This document shows positions 1 to 8,306 of a DNA stretch of 9,997 nt, piece by piece. A program made the position numbers and the translations under genes. The stretch comes from Octopus sinensis (taxonomy: Eukaryota), in the NCBI RefSeq assembly GCF_006345805.1, contig NW_021827688.1:1-9997 (forward strand), in the 5' to 3' direction. A model generated the notes under the pieces. It worked only from the letters and a program-made list of their open reading frames with translations. It was not told where the DNA came from and did not search any database. How positions within the stretch are numbered: the stretch's first letter is position 1; every line of letters starts with the position of its first letter.

Positions 1-430
1 ACCGTTTTATAGCCATGTAAATTACGACAGACACTGCGCTGTAATGTATATCAGGGAGTTCATTGAGGTCCTTTCATGGAAGATAATTTCGTTTTTTTGT
101 CTACGTTTCAGAAATGAGTTATTGCGGCAAAAATCATAAGGAAAAAAAAAAAAACAAAGACAAAAATAAAAGGTATTTGCATACACTTAATTACATACTA
201 TATGCTTTCGTGTTTGAAATACTGCGATTCGATTGGTTCAAAATCTAATGGTTTTCGTATGCTCTATTTTCTTGCTTTTCTGCGTTTATACGCTTAGGTC
301 TTCTGCAGGTCTGGTTTGAACTCAAACGCTTTATTCTAACACCCTGCATTAGTGTATTGTGCCAATATACATCCGTCTATCTATCTATATAACAACATGT
401 ATATGTATGTATATATATATATATGTATAC

Positions 431-634
431 GGTCGCCACTACACACATTTTTTTCTTCTCTCCTTGTTTTTCTGTGTCCCTTTCTGTAGAAGAGCGTAGG
501 CTCGAAATGTAAAAAGACTTTTTTCAATTCCTGAGCGTTATACTAATATATCTGTTTGTTTTGTACTGTTTGTACTGTATATCTGTTTGTTTTGTACACC
601 ACCTGTCTTCTTTTTTTTTTCGTGAACTCTCCCT
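431..634 (+). mobile_element. Short interspersed repeat, possibly a Penelope-like (PLE) terminal fragment, with a degenerate hammerhead-like motif
   Basis: Complex-sequence island between two TA/GT microsatellites. Hairpin GAGC-gtag-GCTC (492-503) is directly followed by GAAA (504-507). Internal 20-bp direct repeat tatatctgtttgttttgtac at 547-566 and 578-597. It resembles an octopus repeat from memory; the PLE assignment is inference. Confidence 0.4.
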
Positions 635-727
635 ATATACATATGTGTGTGTGTATGTGTGTGTGTGTGTGTGTGAGTGTGTGTGTATGTATATGTGTGT
701 ATATATACATACATATATATATTATAG

Positions 728-759
<32 letters not shown>
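635..759. repeat. Compound (GT)n/(TA)n microsatellite
   Basis: Directly visible; its last TA (758-759) abuts the Tc1 terminal inverted repeat. Confidence 0.95.
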
Positions 760-1240
760 CAGGAGTTGGACAAAATAATGGAAGCACCTTAAAATTTCAA
801 ACAAATTAATTTTAATATAGGGTAGGACCACCTTTGGCAGTAATTACAGCTTGAATTCTATGAGTTATGGATTTGCTCAAATTTTGAATCTTTTCCAAAG
901 GAATTTTTGTCCAGTTCTTGGAGTAATGATGGTGGAGGATATCGACTCCTTATTTGTTTTTCTAAAATGCATCATAAATGTTTAATTTTATTGAGATCTG
1001 GGGATTGTGGTGGCCAGATAAGATGTTCAACTTCACTGGAATGTTCCTCGTGCCATTAAGGAACAACTTTAGCTGTGTGAATTGGTGCATCATCTTCCTA
1101 AAAGATTGCGTTTCACTCCGGAAACAGTTCCTCAACCATAGGATGAATTTGGTCAGGTAAAATGCTTAAATAGTCTTGTCTACTAATTCTGCCATGAAGT
1201 GAAACTATTGGACAAGCGGATTTCCAAGATATAGCCCCCA
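760..1240 (-). mobile_element. Tc1/mariner DNA transposon remnant (one terminal inverted repeat plus the C-terminal transposase region)
   Basis: TA|CAGGAGTTGGACAAAATAATGGAAGCACC terminus at 758-788, matching the TA target and CAG start typical of Tc1. The adjacent minus strand encodes transposase motifs. The element is truncated at ~1240 by a SINE fragment. Confidence 0.92.
812..1238 (-). pseudogene. Decayed Tc1-family DDE transposase, C-terminal part
   Basis: Manual translation: GAISWKSACPIVSLHGRISRQDYLSILPDQIHPMVEELFPE*NAIF*EDDAPIHTAKVVP*WHEEHSSEVEHLIWPPQSPDLNKIKHL*CILEKQIRSRYPPPSLLQEL, frameshift near 913, then WTKIPLEKIQNLSKSITHRIQAVITAKGGPTLY* (stop 812-814). This matches the Tc1 motifs FQQDNAPxH, WPxQSPDLNPIE and AVIxAKGGxTxY; four in-frame stops. 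Confidence 0.93.
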
Positions 1241-1511
1241 CCGCTAACTTACGGTGACGTGAACACACCAATATCGGATGTCAAGCGATGTTGGGGGACA
1301 AATACAGACACAGAAACGCACGCGTGCACACACACAGGCACACACACAGGCACACACACAGGCACACACACTCACACACACACACACGCGCACACACACA
1401 CACACACAGCCACACACACACACACACATACACATATATATATATATACATATACATATACATGACGGGCTTCTTTCCGTTTCCGTCTACCAAATCAACT
1501 CACAAGGCTTT
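1241..1511 (-). mobile_element. SINE family B, internal fragment with an embedded (CA)n/(TA)n tract
   Basis: Aligns by eye to ~4600-4787 (ccgcta..tacgg.gacgt.aacacaccaa; gcttcttt.c.gtttccg.ct.ccaaatc..ctca.aaggcttt). Confidence 0.88.
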
Positions 1512-1734
1512 ATCTGGATAAGAGAAAAAAAATCTATCAGAAAGGAACTCTATCTCTCTTTAAAAAATATCTTTTGATAAGCATAACAAATGCGCAACCG
1601 GTAAAAAGAACTTTCACCTAATTAAATACACTCTCCCTTACTTAAATTATTTTGTCAGCATTTTCTTCATTTCCTTTTTTTATATATCACAACTCGTGTT
1701 CCACATCTCCTTTTTTAAATACATATATATATAT

Positions 1735-1891
1735 AATTTCAGGGGATGAGCTAAGTCAGTTGCACGAGCTTCAGCGTTCAGATGGTATTTTCTTCCGAAA
1801 GCAAAGTCGACCTTGGCGGGATTTGAACTCAGGACGTAGAGATGGACGAAATGCTGCTAAGCATTTTTGGCTAATCATTCTGATAGCTTGC
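1735..1891 (-). mobile_element. SINE family A, degenerate copy
   Basis: gcaaagtcgaccttggcgggatttgaactcaggacgtag...gacgaaatgctgctaagcattt matches 8436-8501; B box GTTCAAATCCC on the minus strand. Confidence 0.82.
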
Positions 1892-1929
1892 AGTTTCCGT
1901 TTGAAACGTAAGACTAATTTTAACTTTTA

Positions 1930-2112
1930 GCTAAAGGCCAGCAATTTCGTGGGTGGTGGGAGCAAGTCATTTACATCAACTGGTATTTATTTTATTGACC
2001 CGAAATGGAAAGTCGACCTCGGCGGAAATGGAACTCAGATCGTAGAGCTGCGGACGAAATTCTGCTAAACATTTCTGTCCGTCGTACCAACGACCCTGCC
2101 ACCTTACCACCT
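1930..2112 (-). mobile_element. SINE family A, degenerate copy with an alternative 3' tail
   Basis: caactggtatttattttattgacccgaaa...aaagtcgacctcggcggaaatggaactcagatcgtag...gacgaaattctgctaaacattt...ctgcca matches 8397-8527; the tail (aaggccagcaatttc...) differs from that of the 8307-8535 copy. Confidence 0.82.
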
Positions 2113-2830
2113 TCATTCGAAACGTAATATTAATACACAGAAGCACGAAGGAAAATGGTGACATTCTGAAGAATCTGAACAATGTAAAACATTTGAATGT
2201 TAAAGAGAGAAAGTTAACTTCGAATGTTTGAAGTATTGGATCACGACATTACATCTTCGGTAGCTTCCTTTTGGCGAACGATGTAGCGAAGAAGATATGC
2301 CGCTCGCTAGCTGAATCGATTACTTGGTTTCGATACTTATGTGTATCTATTCCACTTTACATGTGTCACGAATGATGTATAGATTTTTATAAGAATGTCT
2401 CTTTTCTCTTTAAATATTTCCCTATGTCGAGTACAACAATGTCTTTGATGCGTGTGCAATAGATGACTTCGAAACGGACATATTTTATAGTAAGATGGCG
2501 TTCACATCACTATGCTATTGGCACCCTAAGCTATACTACAAAGACATATTGAACAGCGACATCAATTCTTCTTCAGAATTGGAATCAAATGCAAAAGAAA
2601 AATAGAAATAATACAAAAAAAAAAAAAGAAAAAAGGGAGAAGACGGAAAAGAAAATGATTGATGAGTTAGCTACGGCTGCAGGGATCTAATCTTTGAAGA
2701 TCAAGAATTTAACATCGGAAGATTAAGATGTACCAAAAGTCTGCGAGGCCTAACTATCATGCCTCTTGGCTTAACATGACCACCTGCTTTTTCAATATAG
2801 ATTGCACTCGGTTGCAAATAGACAAATTAG

Positions 2831-3090
2831 ATTTCTAGGTTCCATTCCGTTCGCAGTTTTCCTGCGCTGGTTCACAGTTAGGTGTTCTAACTGAACTCAG
2901 AGAGCACCACTTATACAAAGTGAGAAAGACTTGAAAAGGTTATGGGCGCTGTCCTTTATTTCTAGGTTCCATTCTGTCCTCAATTTTCCTGCGTTGGTTC
3001 ACAGTTACCTGTTCAAACTAAACACACAGAGCATCAGTTATATAAAGCGAGGAGGACTTGAAAAGGTAATGGGCGCTGTCATTTATTTCT
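2831..3090. repeat. 127-bp tandem duplication (2 copies + 6 bp)
   Basis: Units start at 2831, 2958 and 3085 (atttct); ungapped, 19 mismatches in 127 bp by manual count (~85% identity). Confidence 0.95.
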
Positions 3091-3293
3091 GTGAACAACT
3101 TTATAACAAAGAAATATTAAAGCACAAGAATTTGAACGCAACACACCGCTTTTAACATAAGACATTGAATCATTGGCCATAATTATGTCAGGAGTGACCA
3201 GTTCATTAATTATTCATTGTTGAATTATTGTCTGGATAGCACAGTTGAACGGTAAATGTCTTATAATCCATTCTCATAGAAATAGCGTGGAAA

Positions 3294-3410
3294 CAGAATC
3301 GTTAGAGCTTTGGGTAGGGGGTCATCTTGCTTTGATTTCAAATCCCGCCCAGGTCAAATTTTACTTCAGTCCTTTTGGGTTCAATAAGTATAAGACTACT
3401 TCAGTACAAG
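3294..3410 (+). mobile_element. SINE family A, old and heavily diverged copy
   Basis: cagaatcgttag...tgatttcaaatcccgcccaggtcaaatttt...tccttttgggttcaataa resembles 7973-8085. Confidence 0.65.
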
Positions 3411-3550
3411 GTTTCACACTTCAAACCCCTTTACATCCCTCTCTCTCTCCCGCCCCACGCTCTCTTTTCCCCTCTATCTCTCTCCCTCCCCCGTCTCCCT
3501 CGCCTCCTCTCTTCCCCCTATTTCTCTTAATCGTTGCATATATTTATATG

Positions 3551-3552
<2 letters not shown>

Positions 3553-3612
<60 letters not shown>
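3553..3612. repeat. (TA)n microsatellite
   Basis: Directly visible; abuts the 3613 end of the terminally redundant element. Confidence 0.95.
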
Positions 3613-3613
<1 letters not shown>

Positions 3614-3851
3614 ATGGGACAAGAACGCAAAACATCCAAATAGACGATACAAAAAACACGGACGGGTCATTCGAAGCCTTTAATCTTCAGTCAAGAAGAT
3701 TAATTTCGGTTGATTAATCTTGAGATTGCTCCAATCTGGCCAGCCCCAAGGAAAGACTAAGCTAAGAGTATTAGAGTCCTTGGAAAAAGGATCGAATGTA
3801 TACGAAACAAGGACAGAAGAACGGACGATGTTACACGAATATAAATACTAA

Positions 3852-3852
<1 letters not shown>

Positions 3853-3900
<48 letters not shown>

Positions 3901-3957
3901 AATAATAATGATAATAATAATAATAATAATAATAATGATAATAATAATAATGACAAC
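3853..3957. repeat. Compound trinucleotide microsatellite (ACC)n(AAC)n(AAT)n
   Basis: Directly visible, inside the 773-bp element. Confidence 0.95.
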
Positions 3958-4092
3958 AGGCGTCTTTCGACTAGAGACGAATTGAATTCAGCTGGCGTGT
4001 TGAGGATTAAGCCTTACGGCAGACGAAAGGAACGATGTTACCGTGTCCGAGGTCCGACGCAAAAGGGCTAGTAGTCGGCCACTGGTCACGTG

Positions 4093-4290
4093 AGAAGAGA
4101 AGATTGGAGGAGCAAAGGAATTAAGGAGGGAGAGAAGAGAGAGAAAAAGAGGAACAAAGGAATTAAGGAGGGGGAGAAGAAAGAGAGCGCGTAGAACGAA
4201 GAATCAAGGATTGGCGAGAAAAAGAAAGACAGTGACAGAGAAGTGCAAAGTAAAAAAGGCAAAGAAATGTGAGAGAGTGGGGAGAGAGAG
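4093..4290. repeat. Polypurine tract with a 34-bp direct repeat (period 42)
   Basis: gagga(g/a)caaaggaattaaggaggg(a/g)gagaaga at 4107-4140 and 4149-4182. Confidence 0.8.
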
Positions 4291-4482
4291 TGTGTTGAAG
4301 TCGTACAAATTTTTGTGAAATATGTTCTTACATATAAGAGAACAAAGTGTACGTACGCCGCAATGTATATATATAAAAAATACAAAATGGGACAAGAACG
4401 CAAAACATCCAAAGAGACGATACAAAAAACACGGACGGGTCATTCGAAGCCTTTTTAATCTTCAGTCAAGAACCGGATCATC

Positions 4483-4894
4483 CTTGTTTCAGGCATTCGA
4501 CTGCGGCCATGCTGAGGCACCACCTTGAAGAATTTTAGTCGAATAAATCGACTCCAGGACTTTTTTTAAGGACTTATTCTATGGATCGCTTTTGCCGAAC
4601 CGCTAGTTTACGGGGACGTAAACACACCAACACAGCTCGGCAAGCGTTGGAGCAGGAACAAAAACAGACAAAAATTTATGCACGTGCGTACACGCACACA
4701 CACAAACACTCATACACACACAGACATGTACATATACACAATGCGCTTCTTTCAGTTTCCGCCTCCCAAATCCATTCAGAAGGCTTTGGTCGACCCGATG
4801 CTGTGGTAGAAGACACTTCCTAGGGTGCAGTGCAGTGGGGCTGAACCCGGAACCATGTGATTGGGAAGCAAGCTTGTTACCACTCAGCCACACC
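4483..4894 (-). mobile_element. SINE family B, near full length, with a tRNA-derived head
   Basis: Minus-strand Pol III A box TGGCTGAGTGG (4880-4890) and B-box-like GGTTCAGCCCC (4837-4847). Four other homologous segments occur in the window; internal CA-rich tract. Confidence 0.9.
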
Positions 4895-5149
4895 CAATAA
4901 AAGGTGAGATAGTCAAAGCTGGAACGGCTTTTATTACAGATTAACTTCCACGTATCGGATCCGAAGCTGAAGAAACGACTACCGAGAAAGATAAAGTAAA
5001 TACCAGGCAACGACTGGATCAGAAGAGGCGAAGGACCAATGTGTGAAATATTATTTCAGCTGGATTCAGTTTGACGAGATGGACGTTTGAACTTCGACCT
5101 GTGCGCTGTTGACTGTTGACACCATAAGAAAGAGAACGATTGAGATAGG

Positions 5150-5350
5150 GAGAGAGAGAGAGAGAGAGAGAGAAACAGAGATAGATAGATATACATATAA
5201 ATATATATATCACATTATATATATACATATATATATATATATACATACATACATATATATATATATATGCATATGTTTATATCTATGTATATGTACACTT
5301 ACAGACGTGCTATACATAATATATGTGTATGTGCATGTGTACGCACGCAT

Positions 5351-5385
<35 letters not shown>

Positions 5386-5506
5386 GTATATATACACATA
5401 TAGATACACAACCATACATACACACACATAGATACTTACACATACATGCATTCATGCACACACACACACATGGTTACACATTCCCCCCACACGCACACAC
5501 ACACAC
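5150..5506. repeat. Compound (GA)n/(TA)n/(CA)n microsatellite region
   Basis: Directly visible. Confidence 0.92.
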
Positions 5507-5781
5507 TGTCTCCCTTTATGCGTTCGCCATAACTGCATCCATCTCCGCAACAAATTCCAATAAAGTCCAGCGAAAAATAACTGATTACGGAAATTCATAT
5601 CGAGGTGCGAAGGGCAAGCTGTGAAAAAGAAAGAGAGAAGAAATTCTTTGGCACGGGGAGTGGGGGGGAGACGGATAGTGTCGTTCGGAGAAGGTCATCT
5701 GGGATGTAAAAGGCGACATGACCCTGCCATTGCGCCCGATGACGGTTGGTTCGTTCGCTGACACCAAAACTTTTATCATGC

Positions 5782-6260
<479 letters not shown>

Positions 6261-6475
6261 AAAATGTAGAAGGAATGCGAGGAAGGAAAAAAAAAGGCCG
6301 AAGAGAAATGAAGATAGAAGGGAAGGAAGGAAAGAAGGAAGGCAAGAAAGAAGACAGAAAAAATAGAAGGTGGGGGAAATGTGTGTATGACACGTTGTAT
6401 AAAGATGATAGATAATATACGATGCTCGGGGAATGTAGGATGAGGAAATATGGCAGCCAATAACATATACTGCAG

Positions 6476-6765
6476 TCGTGAATGACATCATCATCGTCGT
6501 CGTCGTCGTCATCAACAGCAGCTGTAGCAATAGCAACGCCGTCGTCATCGTCGCAGCAGTAATCGTCATCATCGTCATCATCTTCATTATCTTCATCATC
6601 GTCGTCATCATCATTATCATCAACTGCAGCAGTGGCAGGAGCAAAGTCGTGGTCCTCGTTGAAGTCAATTTCATCATCATCATCATCACCATCATCACCA
6701 CCACCACCACCACCACCATCATCATCATCCTCATCATCATCATCATCATCATCATCATCAACATC
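6476..6765. repeat. Mosaic trinucleotide repeat (ATC/GTC/ACC/AGC)
   Basis: Directly visible; a similar ACC/ATC-rich tract resumes at ~6956-7260. Confidence 0.9.
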
Positions 6766-6767
6766 GA

Positions 6768-6862
6768 CTTGGGTCGACCCGAGGCTCTAGTAGAGTACAC
6801 TTCCTCGGGTGCAATGCAGTGGGACTGAACCCGGAACCATGTGGTTGAGAAGCAAGCTTGTT
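6768..6862 (-). mobile_element. SINE family B, head fragment
   Basis: Matches 4784-4878; B box GGTTCAGTCCC on the minus strand (6821-6831). Confidence 0.9.
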
Positions 6863-6882
6863 TTATATATATATATATATAT

Positions 6883-6953
6883 ATTGAGTTTCTTTTTCCT
6901 TTATTTCGATATTTCATCCACCACCTGATGGATTCCTCTGCCCGATGAATATT
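6883..6953 (-). repeat. Right arm of the ~70-bp inverted repeat (hammerhead-like mini element)
   Basis: Reverse complement of 5782-5852; preceded on the + strand by (TA)n at 6864-6883. Confidence 0.93.
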
Positions 6954-7402
6954 TATTATCATAATCATCATCACACACACACACACCTCTTCGATTACCT
7001 CCCCCCCCCTCCTCATCCATCAGCACCGCAATCTATCATTATTGTCATCACCACCGGCATCGCCAAAGCTATCACCACAGACAACGCAAACATCACCACC
7101 GCCACCTACACCACCACCACCACCACCATCTTGGTTACGGTCCCCATTTTCATCTTTGAAATGCATCCAGCACGGCTGCTGCAGTCACCACGACTACATC
7201 CTACCTGCCACCTCTACTCACATCCTCACTTACAACAATGGAAACACCTCCATAACAAACGGACATAAAAGATTATACAGTTCGCAACACCATTGGTTCT
7301 TAACCATATTTTCAACTATGGACCCCTTTCACTCCCTATTTTATTCAAATGGTCCTTCATAACCATTCGATGTTTTAAAAACTCCTCTTATCATTTATCT
7401 TC

Positions 7403-7487
7403 TACTTGTTTCAGTCATTAGGACGGGGCCATACTGGATCACTGCATCGAAGAATTTTAAGTAGAATGTATCGACCCTAGTACTTAC
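7403..7487 (-). mobile_element. SINE family B, 3' tail fragment
   Basis: cttgtttcagtcatt...ggccatactgg...gaagaatttta.gt.gaat..atcgac matches 4483-4560. Confidence 0.8.
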
Positions 7488-7490
7488 TCC

Positions 7491-7520
7491 ATTATTATTA
7501 TTATTATTATTATTTTATTA

Positions 7521-7577
<57 letters not shown>
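7491..7577. repeat. (ATT)n microsatellite; possible (AAT)n tail or target of the hammerhead element
   Basis: Directly visible. Confidence 0.95.
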
Positions 7578-7578
<1 letters not shown>

Positions 7579-7789
7579 TCTAATTCTCTCTAAAGGAGAC
7601 TACGACAGCGGTACTGGATATTAATAGTTATCGCCAAGCTAATATGGCAGTCCAGAAAAATAGGACGAATGTTGCCGTTGATTAGCTCCGAGAGGCCATC
7701 GCCTCTACCTACCTATGTGACACACAAACCTGTGTCCATTATAACCTTCGAATAGGGGAGGTCAGCAGCTTCCGCTTGCTAGTCTAGCG

Positions 7790-7832
7790 CCCACAGATTA
7801 GTTTCGAGATGGTTGCCTCTTATCAATGTGGA
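7790..7832 (-). ncRNA. Minimal type-I hammerhead ribozyme motif, U3:A8 core variant
   Basis: The minus strand reads UCCACA-UUGAUAA-GAGG-caacca-UCUC-GAAA-CUAA-UC^UGUGGG: stem I (6 bp), 7-nt core, stem II (4 bp), GAAA, minimal stem III, and AUC with predicted cleavage between 7796 and 7795. The sister fragment at 8212-8241 has GAGG/CCUC, palindromic ACUAGU and GUC. Confidence 0.78.
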
Positions 7833-7969
7833 GTAGCCGAATCCAGGAGGCGTCGCTGCTGACCGACTGTTCGAAGGATTATTTACCTAAATTCAGTGGA
7901 ATACATCCACTCATTTCAAAAATAGAAATATCATTATATCTAAATCTCTCTAAAGGGGACTACGGCAGC

Positions 7970-8189
7970 TGGCAGAATCGTTAGCACGCCGGGCGAAATC
8001 TTAGCAGTATTTCGTCTGCCGCTACGTTCTGAGTTCAAATTCCGCCGAGGTCGACTTTGCCATTCATCCTTTCGGAGTCGATAAATTAAGTACCAGTTAC
8101 ACACTGGGATTGATATAATCGACTTAATCCGTTTGTCTGTCCTTGTTTGTCCTCTCTGTGTTTAGCCCCTTGTGGGTTGTAAAGAAATA
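7970..8189 (+). mobile_element. SINE family A, near full length, tRNA-derived
   Basis: A box TGGCAGAATCG (7970-7980) and B box GTTCAAATTCC (8033-8043). Boundaries are defined by the uninterrupted site at 7609/7610; ~88% identical to the 8307-8535 copy. Confidence 0.93.
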
Positions 8190-8306
8190 GGTACTGGATA
8201 CTAACAGTTACGAGGCAACCACCTCGAAACTAGTCTGTGGGTGCCAGACTAGCAAGTGGAAGATGCTTCTAAAACTACACAGCCATCCCGTCGATAATAT
8301 CCGTCT

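Larger units (their letters stand above)
3613..4485 (-). mobile_element. Non-autonomous element with ~85-bp terminal direct repeats (773-bp period); PLE/retrozyme-like partial tandem
   Basis: 3613-3697 and 4386-4472 are identical except for one substitution (3641) and a 2-nt T-run indel. There are no TG..CA LTR ends and no coding capacity. Strand and class are inferred from the (TA)n flank and the minus-strand CUGAAGA. Confidence 0.6.
7571..8267 (-). mobile_element. Hammerhead-bearing non-autonomous retroelement (retrozyme / PLE pseudo-LTR-like): 360-bp unit + 60-bp tandem partial copy + 56-bp inverted fragment
   Basis: 7571-7630 recurs at 7931-7969 + 8190-8210 (53/60 identical, offset 360, split by a SINE). 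7764-7819 recurs inverted at 8212-8267 (50/56 identical). Contains an HHR motif. Confidence 0.75.

Noticed and set aside
2831-3090. CRISPR-like or satellite array
   Set aside because: Only two contiguous units, no spacers, and a eukaryotic context.
3613-4472. LTR retrotransposon or TRIM interpretation of the 85-bp direct repeats
   Set aside because: No TG...CA termini, primer-binding site or flanking TSD is visible.
4966-4995. CTGAAGA...GAAA on the plus strand
   Set aside because: The intervening bases cannot form stem II and there is no stem I; chance match.
7970-8050. tRNA gene suggested by A and B boxes
   Set aside because: No cloverleaf is evident, and the sequence continues into a body repeated several times in the window; it is a SINE head.
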